Below, one piece after another: positions 8,652 through 18,460 of a stretch of DNA of 64,000 nucleotides. Below the pieces are notes generated by a model. The model was given only the letters and a program-made list of their open reading frames with translations, was not told where the DNA came from and did not search any database. The position numbers were made by a program, and so were the translations under genes. This stretch comes from a virus: the UHGV virus genome UHGV-1358930; one strand, 5' to 3'. Each line of letters begins with the position of its first letter. Within the stretch, counting starts at the first letter, position 1.

Positions 8652-8966
8652 ATGAAAGGATACGTTATCAAAGTTACATACCTCACAGGCCCACATGAAG
8701 GAAAGTCTTATTTCCTCCAAAAAGGTGGGTTTGTAACCTCTGATCCAGATAACCAGTGGTCACATAATTGCTACAAGACGGAAAATATCTGCAAGTCGGT
8801 TTGCAGACAACTTGGATGCAATAACAAGATTAACCACATGGTGGAGGAGAAAACCAGAGAGTTTCAGATTCAACACGGTCGAGATGTATCAGATTCAATG
8901 ATCTACGAATTGGAATACTACGAACCGTATTTCGTCAAAAATGTTCGCAATTCATATGTTGACTAA
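8652..8966 (+). CDS. hypothetical protein
   Basis: AAGGAGG RBS 6 nt before ATG at 8652. The upstream part of the listed ORF 8526 is the promoter region. Confidence 0.5.
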   Translation: MKGYVIKVTYLTGPHEGKSYFLQKGGFVTSDPDNQWSHNCYKTENICKSVCRQLGCNNKINHMVEEKTREFQIQHGRDVSDSMIYELEYYEPYFVKNVRNSYVD

Positions 8967-8979
8967 GGAGGTATTCAAT

Positions 8980-9258
8980 ATGATTGTATACAGCAGATCT
9001 GAAGCAAAAGAATTGTTAGATAGAAACTGCGAGATTGCAGAGCACTCCAGCATGGTTGTTGTTACAGTCTTTCACACGGACTTAATTACAAAGGAAGTAT
9101 GCGTTACAGACATATTCAGCCATGATGCAGTGCAGGCAATGATCTGGAAGTCAGATTACCTGAACCGACTCAAATCGCTAAAAGTTCCGTATATCGCATA
9201 TATCGGCAACACCCTTGAATCCGCATATAGCTATGTTGAATTTGAGGAGGACAAGTAA
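8980..9258 (+). CDS. hypothetical protein
   Basis: AAGGAGG RBS before ATG 8980. Confidence 0.5.
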   Translation: MIVYSRSEAKELLDRNCEIAEHSSMVVVTVFHTDLITKEVCVTDIFSHDAVQAMIWKSDYLNRLKSLKVPYIAYIGNTLESAYSYVEFEEDK

Positions 9259-9264
9259 CTACAT

Positions 9265-9459
9265 ATGAAAGAAATCAAATTTTTACTCAGTAATCATGAA
9301 GTAGAAACAATGCGAGCAGCATTCAACAACTCTTTTTTACAAAAACCTGATACAGAAGCAGCAGATAGCGAAATCGATGACACAGACAGCGATATCGCAA
9401 GATTCATTATCTGGAACTACGTTAAATTTTATGAAGCAATGAAAGGTACGGAGGAATGA
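9265..9459 (+). CDS. hypothetical acidic small protein
   Basis: GAGGAGG upstream; 64 aa. Confidence 0.4.
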   Translation: MKEIKFLLSNHEVETMRAAFNNSFLQKPDTEAADSEIDDTDSDIARFIIWNYVKFYEAMKGTEE

Positions 9460-9779
9460 CAATGATGGATAGAAAAGTTGATATGGCTCTGTTTTCTGCA
9501 AACAATTGGATCAATTACCAGCTTGAGATGCAGAAAGCTGCGATTCAAATCATAAGAAACGCAATTGAAGAAACAAGGAAAGCTTACACGCTTCAGAGCA
9601 AACAAAGCCTTGAGGAAGATGAAGGAGTTGAAGTTTTCACAAGCGCCGACATCGCAGAAATCTGCAAGTTGCTCGACAGCTCAGAATCGGAAATCGAGTC
9701 AGTTATATCTAAGCTAGAAGAAGCAAAGGAAATGATGCCTGATTTTGACAGGAGCTTAAAGCATGAAACGAATAAGTAA
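9456..9779 (+). CDS. hypothetical protein
   Basis: GGAGG RBS; overlaps the previous stop (ATGA). Confidence 0.5.
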   Translation: MTMMDRKVDMALFSANNWINYQLEMQKAAIQIIRNAIEETRKAYTLQSKQSLEEDEGVEVFTSADIAEICKLLDSSESEIESVISKLEEAKEMMPDFDRSLKHETNK

Positions 9780-10158
9780 GAAATCTAACATATTGGGAAT
9801 GGCTAAAGAACCGTCAAGAGGTGTTTTCTGGATCGTTGACGGAAAAGTTCTTTCATTTCCATTCTATCATGATATAACGTCTCTCGGCGTTTCTAAATCA
9901 GGATTGACATACAACCACAAAAAGTTGTGGCCAGAGGTTAAACCTAAAGGATGTAACAAGCCGTATAATTACTATCCTCGAGGAAGAGTCGAACTAGGTA
10001 GAAAGTTTCCTATCATCTATGTAAACCCGAATTTTGACAAGTTTGACCTAGCTGAGGTCAAAAAGGATTTTGGACTTGTAGATGAGCCGAAAGTAATATT
10101 TGACAATTCAGATCATTACAAATGTTATCTTGACGACGGATGGAAGCCAGATAAGTAA
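9763..10158 (+). CDS. hypothetical protein
   Basis: 131-aa ORF, start overlaps the previous gene. Confidence 0.45.
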   Translation: MKRISKKSNILGMAKEPSRGVFWIVDGKVLSFPFYHDITSLGVSKSGLTYNHKKLWPEVKPKGCNKPYNYYPRGRVELGRKFPIIYVNPNFDKFDLAEVKKDFGLVDEPKVIFDNSDHYKCYLDDGWKPDK

Positions 10159-10294
10159 CAATCGTTATATGATAAGAGATGAATAAATTGAAAAAAGTTA
10201 TCTACGCTTCTAAACAGCTGGAGGATAAGTACAAGAAATTAGCGTAAAAGCTTTACAAACAGAATAAATCTACAATGGAGAGACTTAAAGATAA

Positions 10295-10738
10295 ATGATA
10301 GATAGACAATTAGTTGAAGCATTTAACTCAAACAAGTCAAATGTAGAAATAATAGAGATTGAATTTTATGCGAATGTAGAGCAACCTAATAATGTCAATT
10401 CTGACAAAGATTCAACCCCTAAAGAACACAAGCAGAGTACTTATAAGAGAATATTCAAAGCCTTTGTAGATAATGCAATAAGACTTATGAAAGAAAGACA
10501 CAGCAGGATTGTAGATATCCATCAATCTAGCAGAGCTGGATCGAATTCTTGGTATGTCGCAATGTACCCAGCAAACAATCAGGGCGAGATAGAATCTAAA
10601 TATTTGTTCATTTTTGTATTCTCTGAATACGCAAAGCAGTTAAATGTTCCATTTGAGATCGTTGTCAAGAGAGACAACAACGAAATTCACATCAAGTCGT
10701 TCGCAGAGGCACTAGACTTCTTAACTATGATAAGATGA
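10295..10738 (+). CDS. hypothetical protein
   Basis: 147-aa ORF after an AT-rich spacer. Confidence 0.45.
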   Translation: MIDRQLVEAFNSNKSNVEIIEIEFYANVEQPNNVNSDKDSTPKEHKQSTYKRIFKAFVDNAIRLMKERHSRIVDIHQSSRAGSNSWYVAMYPANNQGEIESKYLFIFVFSEYAKQLNVPFEIVVKRDNNEIHIKSFAEALDFLTMIR

Positions 10739-10960
10739 AACGAACAGCGTGGATTGATAACTTGAATCAGCTCAAATAGCTGAAAATGAGCAGTCTTGGT
10801 AGAATGCGGGAAGTTGGTAAGGGTATCAACAACACACTACAGCATGGTGGGTTTGCTGTAGACAAAATACAATCAGCTCGATAATAGAGCTGTTAACGAA
10901 GATTCGGTTATGCATGAGCATTTCCGAATCTTTTATTGTGTTTGCTTAGAGGTGATAAAA

Positions 10961-11173
10961 ATGAAAATATTAAGATGTCCTGTATGCAATTCAAAAATCG
11001 TTATTTTACACGATATAGATACTAGATTTGACGAAATCCGATATCGTATACTTTGTTCAGATTACAGCTGTGTAATCAACGATGTATGCGCTTCTAGTTC
11101 AACTAAATTAGGTGCATATAAATTATGGATAGCAATGAGGAGATGGGTCTTACGTGATCACAGAGGAAATTGA
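10961..11173 (+). CDS. hypothetical zinc-ribbon protein
   Basis: GAGGTGA RBS before ATG 10961; CPVCNS ... CSDYSC motifs. Confidence 0.4.
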   Translation: MKILRCPVCNSKIVILHDIDTRFDEIRYRILCSDYSCVINDVCASSSTKLGAYKLWIAMRRWVLRDHRGN

Positions 11174-11663
11174 AGTATGGAAAGACATTCCAGGTTATGT
11201 GAGCTATCAAGCTTCAAGCTTAGGTAGAATTCGTCAATCGTTGCCAAACAGCAACTACAAATACCTAAAGCCCAGTATGACGACAGATGGATATTTAACA
11301 GTACACGTAGTAGGATGTCCGCTTAGATATCCAACAGTTGCTAAACTAGTTTGCTTAGCATTTCATGGACACTCTTCGCTTGATATTATTCATCCCGTTG
11401 TAGATCACATAAACAATAATTCAACAGATAATCGACCGGAAAATTTAAGATGGATATCACAAAGAGAGAACGTCAATCAAGCAATTAAGTACAGAATAGG
11501 TAAATGCCAAATACGATGCAAAGAAATAGGCGAAATATTTGATTCTATTTCTGCAGCGAGTAAGCAGCTTAGCATTCGTTACTATTCGATATATAACAAT
11601 CTGAGGAATAATATTCCAACGCATGGATTATCATTTGAAAGGATAGAAAAGGCAGATGGCTGA
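11154..11663 (+). CDS. HNH homing endonuclease (NUMOD4 + HNH_3 type)
   Basis: WKDIPGY..YQASSLGRIR N-terminus; HNH core VDHINNNSTDNRPENLRWISQRENVNQ. Confidence 0.8.
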   Translation: MITEEIEVWKDIPGYVSYQASSLGRIRQSLPNSNYKYLKPSMTTDGYLTVHVVGCPLRYPTVAKLVCLAFHGHSSLDIIHPVVDHINNNSTDNRPENLRWISQRENVNQAIKYRIGKCQIRCKEIGEIFDSISAASKQLSIRYYSIYNNLRNNIPTHGLSFERIEKADG

Positions 11664-12153
11664 AGAAATATGGAAAGACATCCCGAATTATACACCGTAT
11701 CAAGCTTCTTCATTAGGTAACATCCGAATGAAACTGACTGACGGTTCATTTAAGCTACTCAAGCCGTTCTTAAACATGGATGGTTACTATCAAGTAGCTG
11801 TCAAGAACTGTCCTACAAAACTACCTAACCTTCACAGGCTTGTAGCTTTTGCGTTTCATGGTGTACCAGAAACTAGGATGGTAGTAGATCATTTGAATAA
11901 CATACATACTGATAATAGACCTGAAAATCTAGAATGGGTTACGCAGAAAGAAAATATGCGAAGGGCGAAGGTGATGGGACTGTATGCTAAGAAAACAAAA
12001 ATCAAATGCGTAGAAGACAACATCATCTATGAATCTATCGCAGACTGCGCGAAGAAAACAGGTATTCGACCTGCAAGTTTGTGGAGTACTACAAGAGACG
12101 GTACAGCAATTCATGGTAAACATTATATAAGAATTGAGCAAGAAAATATCTAA
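11656..12153 (+). CDS. HNH homing endonuclease, tandem paralogue of the preceding gene
   Basis: EIWKDIPNYTPYQASSLGNIR; VDHLNNIHTDNRPENLEWVTQKEN. Confidence 0.8.
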   Translation: MAEEIWKDIPNYTPYQASSLGNIRMKLTDGSFKLLKPFLNMDGYYQVAVKNCPTKLPNLHRLVAFAFHGVPETRMVVDHLNNIHTDNRPENLEWVTQKENMRRAKVMGLYAKKTKIKCVEDNIIYESIADCAKKTGIRPASLWSTTRDGTAIHGKHYIRIEQENI

Positions 12154-12206
12154 ATATTAACAAATTATTAACGATAGTTGAATTCACCCTCAAGATCGCT
12201 TATAAT
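12152..12206 (+). promoter_or_regulatory. ATATTAACA/ATTATTAACGA operator-like repeats plus sigma-A consensus promoter (TTGAAT-17-TATAAT)
   Basis: -35 at 12178-12183, -10 at 12201-12206; same architecture as at 8535 and 57041. Confidence 0.6.
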
Positions 12207-12276
12207 ATAAGTATCGACATATAGTTACACATATCAGAAATCAGAAAATAACTGATACAAAAATTGGAGGTACAGT

Positions 12277-12564
12277 ATGGAGAAGAACATTGTAACTTCT
12301 ATAACAGATCAGATTCGAGTACTGCAGGAACATGAAGTCATTGCTTCAAAAGCAGGATTGCACTACGCAGTTATGTTTGTGCAGCTAGATGATAAATCAG
12401 AAGTATTCTGGCACGATATTTGGTCACAAGATAAGAATATACTCATGTGGATGCTAGACCAGCTTGAAGCAAGCTACAACGATATGGAAGATGTCAGATA
12501 TGAATCATATGTTGGTACACATATTCGTAACATCGGTTCGAGTGGATTAGATTTCAGTAATTGA
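12277..12564 (+). CDS. hypothetical protein
   Basis: GGAGG RBS; 95 aa. Confidence 0.5.
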   Translation: MEKNIVTSITDQIRVLQEHEVIASKAGLHYAVMFVQLDDKSEVFWHDIWSQDKNILMWMLDQLEASYNDMEDVRYESYVGTHIRNIGSSGLDFSN

Positions 12565-12646
12565 CGAAGAGTCTGCAATATGTCTTCGGAACAGATCAAT
12601 TCACAAATAGATTCAACTGATGTCAATATTTCTAAAGGGAACTAAT

Positions 12647-12952
12647 ATGAAACGTATCCAGTCTATCAATGAATTTCATAATGCAAAAGCAGATGTTATC
12701 AACAAAGCTAATATGATCAATGGATTCGCAGGTATGTGCTTCTTCACAGATCCAGTAACCGGCTACACTATTATGCTAGATGTAATCAGCTCAGACAGAA
12801 ATGTAGTAGAAGATTGGCTGGATAACTGTAGCAATACATATCGAAGAAATTGTGAAAGTTTTGTAACGTATCTAAATGAAGATCTTTATTATGATGGTGT
12901 AAAACGAGATTGGGCTTGGTCTTTACTTGGAAGCATATTCCAGTTCGCATAA
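12647..12952 (+). CDS. hypothetical protein
   Basis: AAAGGGAAC RBS before ATG 12647. Confidence 0.45.
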   Translation: MKRIQSINEFHNAKADVINKANMINGFAGMCFFTDPVTGYTIMLDVISSDRNVVEDWLDNCSNTYRRNCESFVTYLNEDLYYDGVKRDWAWSLLGSIFQFA

Positions 12953-12986
12953 ACATTGTAAGATACGTTACAATTGGAGATCAAAC

Positions 12987-13406
12987 ATGATTACTAAAAA
13001 AGATTTGTCATATTTTAGAATTGCTAAGCAAACAGCTAAATTGTCTACTTGGGAACAAGTTAGGTATCAAATTGGGTGTGTAGTAGTATTGAACCACAGA
13101 ATAATCAGCGTCGGATTCAACACAACAAAGACAGATACCCTTCAGAAGAAATACAACAAAGAGAGATTCACAGAAGAATCGTGTCATATGGCTCATGCGG
13201 AGCTGTTAGCTTTGAAGCCGTTGTTATACGATAACACGATTGACGCTTCTAAGCTTAAAGTATATGTATACAGAGAGTTGAAAACGGGTAAACTTGGCTG
13301 TGCTCGTCCTTGTAAAAGTTGTATGAAGCTGATAAAAGACATCGGCATTCGTTACATATATTATACAACTTCTGATGGATACGCAGAAGAAAAAATATTG
13401 TATTAA
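12987..13406 (+). CDS. dCMP/cytidine deaminase-family zinc enzyme (dCMP deaminase likely)
   Basis: CDA-fold zinc motifs HAE (CHMAHAELLAL) and PCxxC (RPCKSCMKLI). Confidence 0.7.
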   Translation: MITKKDLSYFRIAKQTAKLSTWEQVRYQIGCVVVLNHRIISVGFNTTKTDTLQKKYNKERFTEESCHMAHAELLALKPLLYDNTIDASKLKVYVYRELKTGKLGCARPCKSCMKLIKDIGIRYIYYTTSDGYAEEKILY

Positions 13407-13420
13407 GTAGGTGAATTACA

Positions 13421-13891
13421 ATGAAGTTGTTCTTAAATAGAGATATTTTCTGTCAAGCTTTTCCGATGTCTAAGGTAAAAGATAAACTACTTGCTGACTC
13501 AAAACAGCTCAACGAGCACATATTGAAATGCGTCATCTATTATGATGAGTTACATTGCTTATCGCATTGGATAGACGAAATTACAAGTTGGGTGTACAAA
13601 GCAAGCACAGTAAGCAGTAAGCACAACATATCGGGTAAAACGTATCAGAATACAATATTCAGCTGGTTTGGAGAAGATCAAAGAGACTGCGAATCTAATC
13701 TATACGACTTTTATGCAAAATTTGTTATGAAACGAAAATCTTACCCAGAGTTTGAAATTTCTGATTACTTGATTGAAAGATTGTATCATGTATATAGAGA
13801 ATTTGAACGTGATATCATCAACATGTATATTAGTAAATACAATTACAGTAAATCCGATTATCTAGAAGCTGTTACAGATATATTGAAGTGA
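13421..13891 (+). CDS. hypothetical protein
   Basis: AGGTGA RBS; 156 aa. Confidence 0.5.
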   Translation: MKLFLNRDIFCQAFPMSKVKDKLLADSKQLNEHILKCVIYYDELHCLSHWIDEITSWVYKASTVSSKHNISGKTYQNTIFSWFGEDQRDCESNLYDFYAKFVMKRKSYPEFEISDYLIERLYHVYREFERDIINMYISKYNYSKSDYLEAVTDILK

Positions 13892-13907
13892 GATAGGAGG
13901 TGACCGC

Positions 13908-14342
13908 ATGAAGAAGTGGATCAACTACAGCCAACCGATATTTGCAATGGCTATAATCAATCCGCAGCTAAATACGGAATTTGGAATATTTGTTGAAGTG
14001 TTTCAAAACAACGAAGGTAGTATTCCGCATGTGCATGTGTATCACGACAAATCTCGAAACAAGCGAAGATGCTCAATAGTTCGATTAGATAAACCAGAAT
14101 ACTCAACACATCACAAGTATAATCCTGCGATGCTTAAAGATGTGAAAGAAAAATTTCTTAAAATAATGACTCAACCCTGGCCCAGTCACATCATTCAGCT
14201 TTCCGATGGATCGTATCGACCTGCAACAGGATACGAAGCTGCAGTTAAAATTTGGGCAGATACATTTGAAAAAGGAAGTTTAGCGAAATTTAATCTAGAT
14301 AAGAATGGTGACATTATCAACATCGACTATTCTAACATTTAA
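13908..14342 (+). CDS. hypothetical protein
   Basis: GGAGGTGA RBS; 144 aa. Confidence 0.5.
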   Translation: MKKWINYSQPIFAMAIINPQLNTEFGIFVEVFQNNEGSIPHVHVYHDKSRNKRRCSIVRLDKPEYSTHHKYNPAMLKDVKEKFLKIMTQPWPSHIIQLSDGSYRPATGYEAAVKIWADTFEKGSLAKFNLDKNGDIINIDYSNI

Positions 14343-14364
14343 GAAAATATTAGGAGGTATTGCA

Positions 14365-14550
14365 ATGAACACGAAATTAGATGTTGTAGTTAAAATGAAT
14401 GAGCTTCAGGCTGAACTTATCCGTAGATATCAGGAAGAGCTCAAGCAGCTTAAAGCTGACATGAAGAAACAAGATCAGTCATACACAGATTCTGAGTTAA
14501 CTCGAGTAGGTTCTATATGCTGTGAGCTAGTTAATTCTAAGCGCAGCTAG
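14365..14550 (+). CDS. hypothetical small coiled-coil protein
   Basis: TAGGAGG RBS before ATG 14365. Confidence 0.4.
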   Translation: MNTKLDVVVKMNELQAELIRRYQEELKQLKADMKKQDQSYTDSELTRVGSICCELVNSKRS

Positions 14551-14605
14551 TAGATGCACAAGTATAACAGCTTGATAGATAAAAGTTTATATGTAGGAGG
14601 ACAAA

Positions 14606-16501
14606 ATGTCATTTAGCGCCTTAGAGAAAAAGATACAGGCAAATGCTCAAAAGTACTATACAGATGGCAGTCAAGAGCTTTCAGATAAAGAATTTGATAA
14701 TCTTGTAGACAAGCTCAAAGAAGAAAATCCAGCTTCTCCGATGCTAAAAACAGGCTGGGGATACGATGTAAACTCAGATACAACATCTGGGCATAAAGTT
14801 AAGCATAAGTATGGAGAAGTTGGCTCCCTCGATAAGGTCCATAACTGGAAAGAATTAAAAAGTTCTTTGAGAAATTCCGAGGTTGTTACTTCCTTGAAAC
14901 TCGACGGACTTTCTGTTGTAATGTACTATGAAGCAGGGCAGTTTAAATCCGCAGTGACTCGAGGAGATGGTGTAACAGGTATTGATATCACAGACAAGAT
15001 CGGGATGATATTGCACAAAAAGACTCTGACTGATAATACATTCAGTGGAGGAGTTAGAGGCGAAATTGTTATGTCTAATGAACAATTTCGACGTTACAAA
15101 TCTCAGCACGAAGATGCAAAGAACGCAAGAAATACAGCTGCAGGTATCATCAATTCTAAAGAATTGTCAGAAGATCTAGATTTTCTATCTGTTGTAGTAT
15201 ATAAAGTTGTTGGAGGTAACAAAGCATTTGACAATTATTCCAGTATGCTGAGTTGGCTTCATTCAAATTTTATCGATGTCGTAGATTGTGATATAACTAA
15301 GCTGTTTGAAGATACACTAGATTCCAGAATGGTTGAATACAAAGATGCTTGGTATGATGAATATCCAGCAGATGGAATTGTAATTGCCAGCCAAACTTTA
15401 AAACTACAAGAAGCAAATAACGAATATATCTACGATTTTGATTCTCAAGCGTTCAAGTTTCCCGCCGAATCGAAATTAACCAGAGTTAAATCCGTAGATT
15501 GGTCGCTATCCAAAACTAAATACATGATACCTGTTATCAATGTAGAACCCGTTCAGTTGTCTGGCACCACTGTTCAGTTTGCAACAGGATTCAATGCGAA
15601 ATACATAAAAGATCACAACATTGGGCCAGGAGCTGAAATTGAGCTTTGCAAAGCAAATGAGATAATCCCTTACGTTCTGAATGTCGTCTCTCCGTCGTCT
15701 GACATGTCAATGCCTACACACTGTCCGTGTTGTGATGCGGAGTTGATTCAGGCTGGTGTGAACTTGATGTGCCCCAACTATAAATGCACTAATTATCAGA
15801 AGACAGACCTCTTGATTTGGTGCAATCTATTGTCTCCAGTTGACGGCATTGGTGATGTACTCAGAGAAAGATTCTTGTATGAGGTATTCGGAGATTTGAC
15901 TACAGTCGATTCTCTCATGTCTAGATCTGTAGAGGATCTAGACCTAGAATTCTCAATGTACAATGGATCTGGAAAGCAGTTTGAGTTATTCAAACATTCG
16001 GTATATATGTTGTTCAATCAATCTGTTGATATTGCAACAGCGTTGCAAGCTTTAAATATTCCTAGATTAGGTCTAGAAACTTCTAGAAAACTGTCTGAAT
16101 ATCTAGATGTAATTGAACGAATACTCAAAGTGAGTCTAGGAGAAGCTCCAGTTTCAGAAATATCGAATCTGGATAGCTTCATTGGCTACGCTAATGCAAA
16201 TTCCATCCTAAGTCACCTAGATAAATTCGCAAGGCTGAAGTATATATGGGATAGAATATCTTGGTCTGATACAACTGCAGATCGAGTTAAAGTTGCAATT
16301 ACAGGTAAATTGTCTGTAAAACGATCTGAATTTGAATCGGAATTAAATCAACATGGATTTGAACTTGGCTCATTGTCTAAAGACACTGTTTATCTAATTA
16401 CAGATGACCCGAATAGCGGAAGTAGCAAGAATATTCAAGCTGACAAATACGGAGTATCTAAAATAACTGAACAAGATTTCCGAAATAAATTCATGAGGTG
16501 A
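14606..16501 (+). CDS. ligA: NAD-dependent DNA ligase (LigA family)
   Basis: Adenylation KxDG motif (SLKLDGLSV). Four-Cys zinc finger HCPCCDAE..CPNYKC. C-terminal HhH/BRCT-like region. 631 aa. Confidence 0.85.
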   Translation: MSFSALEKKIQANAQKYYTDGSQELSDKEFDNLVDKLKEENPASPMLKTGWGYDVNSDTTSGHKVKHKYGEVGSLDKVHNWKELKSSLRNSEVVTSLKLDGLSVVMYYEAGQFKSAVTRGDGVTGIDITDKIGMILHKKTLTDNTFSGGVRGEIVMSNEQFRRYKSQHEDAKNARNTAAGIINSKELSEDLDFLSVVVYKVVGGNKAFDNYSSMLSWLHSNFIDVVDCDITKLFEDTLDSRMVEYKDAWYDEYPADGIVIASQTLKLQEANNEYIYDFDSQAFKFPAESKLTRVKSVDWSLSKTKYMIPVINVEPVQLSGTTVQFATGFNAKYIKDHNIGPGAEIELCKANEIIPYVLNVVSPSSDMSMPTHCPCCDAELIQAGVNLMCPNYKCTNYQKTDLLIWCNLLSPVDGIGDVLRERFLYEVFGDLTTVDSLMSRSVEDLDLEFSMYNGSGKQFELFKHSVYMLFNQSVDIATALQALNIPRLGLETSRKLSEYLDVIERILKVSLGEAPVSEISNLDSFIGYANANSILSHLDKFARLKYIWDRISWSDTTADRVKVAITGKLSVKRSEFESELNQHGFELGSLSKDTVYLITDDPNSGSSKNIQADKYGVSKITEQDFRNKFMR

Positions 16502-16505
16502 TTAT

Positions 16506-17462
16506 ATGCAACTAGTTCAACCTTCTGTAGTGCGAATCGTAGAATCTGATCCGTTGACTCAGATCGAAAACGCCGCTAGAACTTGCTATAAGTCAGAAAG
16601 CAAAGCAGCTGCAGGATCAGCAAAACGAATGTTTGATAATCTAGTCAAAAACAAACATACAGCGATGTTAGAGCATGCTAGTTTAGTTTTTCAAGTATTT
16701 GACACAGATTATTATGATGCGCTTAAACACAATCTTAGCAAGTACATGAATTTCACAGAACACTGGACTATCAGCAAAGCTGATTCTAGATATACAACAC
16801 CTAGATTTTTAATGTCTGGAAATATCAGAGCTATCAATGATTCATGCATTCGTCAGATATATGAAGCAATGATTCAAGCTGGCCTATCTGATCTGTTGTA
16901 CCCTGATAGCTATCCTAAAGAAAATGAAAACTGGCCAAACGATGAACTACTCCCAAACACTAGAATCAAAGTAGTTGATATTGCTGAAATAGACGATTTA
17001 TCTGAATCCGAGAAACTGAATCATGTTTATGCGAGCTTCAAAATAAAAACAGATAGAGCTGTATCACACGAAATCGTCCGTCATAGGACAATGAGTTTTG
17101 CTCAGCAGTCTCAGAGATACGTTAAATACAATTCCGATGATATCGAATTCGTTGAACCTAGTTGGTATAGAAGTTCAACAGACGACATGAAGCAGATATT
17201 TTGCAATTCTCTACTACAATCTGAAAAGTCATACAACGAACTAATGTCAAAGGGATGTACTGCACAAGAAGCTAGATGTGTGCTACCTAATAGTACAGCT
17301 ACAGAAATTGTAGTTACAGGAAATCTCAAAGCTTGGAAGCATTTCATCAATCTTCGATACAAAGGTACAACAGGAAAACCGTATCCGGATATGAAAGTAG
17401 TTGCTGAACAAATCTACAATGAACTTAAAGTGGATCCGTTGTGTAAAGATGTGATTGAGTAA
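16506..17462 (+). CDS. thyX: flavin-dependent thymidylate synthase ThyX
   Basis: ThyX signature RHRx7-8S...QxSQRY (EIVRHRTMSFAQQSQRY). Confidence 0.9.
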   Translation: MQLVQPSVVRIVESDPLTQIENAARTCYKSESKAAAGSAKRMFDNLVKNKHTAMLEHASLVFQVFDTDYYDALKHNLSKYMNFTEHWTISKADSRYTTPRFLMSGNIRAINDSCIRQIYEAMIQAGLSDLLYPDSYPKENENWPNDELLPNTRIKVVDIAEIDDLSESEKLNHVYASFKIKTDRAVSHEIVRHRTMSFAQQSQRYVKYNSDDIEFVEPSWYRSSTDDMKQIFCNSLLQSEKSYNELMSKGCTAQEARCVLPNSTATEIVVTGNLKAWKHFINLRYKGTTGKPYPDMKVVAEQIYNELKVDPLCKDVIE

Positions 17463-17502
17463 TTTTCTACAGCGCATCAACATAACAAACATTAAATTAT
17501 AA

Positions 17503-17552
17503 TCACCTCTAGAACCTATAATAGAAATGGATAGGTCAGAGGTGATTTCTTT
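17503..17552 (+). terminator. hairpin with U-tract overlapping the RBS of the downstream gene (terminator/attenuator-like)
   Basis: Stem tcacctct..agaggtga followed by tttcttt; the 3' arm contains the GAGGTGA RBS of the ORF at 17553. Confidence 0.4.
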
Positions 17553-17786
17553 ATGTGTGAATGCTGCAAGCTACATGTCCCGGATACAAATATCGACATA
17601 GCGAATGATAGTTATGTTAAACTCGGAAGATTTGATGCAACGATCTGGATAATTAAACATGGCTGGTATCAATGTGACGGCAATCGTCCACATTGCGGGT
17701 GGTATTTTCAGCAAAAAGATGACCCTGCTATGATAAAACCTGTATCATTGTCAGATCTATACGATATATACGAAATACAGTTGTAA
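17553..17786 (+). CDS. hypothetical protein with HGWY-CDG-GWYF motif (paralogous domain shared with the next gene)
   Basis: IKHGWYQCDGNRPHCGWYF versus QHGWYIYRGLQKNGWYF in the next ORF. Confidence 0.5.
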   Translation: MCECCKLHVPDTNIDIANDSYVKLGRFDATIWIIKHGWYQCDGNRPHCGWYFQQKDDPAMIKPVSLSDLYDIYEIQL

Positions 17787-17800
17787 AGCGAGGTGATATC

Positions 17801-18460
17801 ATGAACTATATACAAATACCTGGTAGCATTACTAAGTTATACGAAGGCGATGTAGTAACTATCGAAACATATCCAGGAACTAAGTGGATTGTTCAGCACG
17901 GCTGGTACATATACAGAGGACTACAGAAAAACGGCTGGTACTTCTGTTCTGTAGATACGCAAACTACGTTACCTGCTACAAACGATGTGCTGCTCAATGT
18001 TTCAGACGTTTCAGGGTCAACTGGATGTTGTAAACCTGACACATCCTGTACATGCCATTGTCCTCCTCCGCCTGGCCCTCCGCCTCCGTGTCCTCCGCCT
18101 CCGTGTCCTCCACGTCCTATAGATCCACATAGCTTTCAAGTAGAACATGCGTTCATAACTGTAGATACAGAAGCAGAAAGAGACTATCTATTAGCTAATC
18201 AGTTGATTCCTAACGGTAAGATAGTAAAAGTTAATCAGACTACTTCTGGAACTAAATACTTCACCTGGAATCAAGTAGCTTCTAAATGGGAAGAGGAAAC
18301 ATTTGGAATCACTCCAGATAAGTATGTAACAACCGAAAGCTTGCCAGACAAGGTAGATAAGATTATAGAATCAAGCGAAAAAGTTCATGAAGCTATCAAA
18401 GAAGTCTCTGCTGAAACTGTACAGTGGAGTAAACTAGAAGTAAGGAGTAAAATAAGTTAA
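17801..18460 (+). CDS. hypothetical protein, N-terminal HGWY domain plus Cys/Pro-rich linker (CHCPPPPGPPPPCPPPPCPPRP)
   Basis: GAGGTGA RBS; 219 aa. Confidence 0.55.
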   Translation: MNYIQIPGSITKLYEGDVVTIETYPGTKWIVQHGWYIYRGLQKNGWYFCSVDTQTTLPATNDVLLNVSDVSGSTGCCKPDTSCTCHCPPPPGPPPPCPPPPCPPRPIDPHSFQVEHAFITVDTEAERDYLLANQLIPNGKIVKVNQTTSGTKYFTWNQVASKWEEETFGITPDKYVTTESLPDKVDKIIESSEKVHEAIKEVSAETVQWSKLEVRSKIS

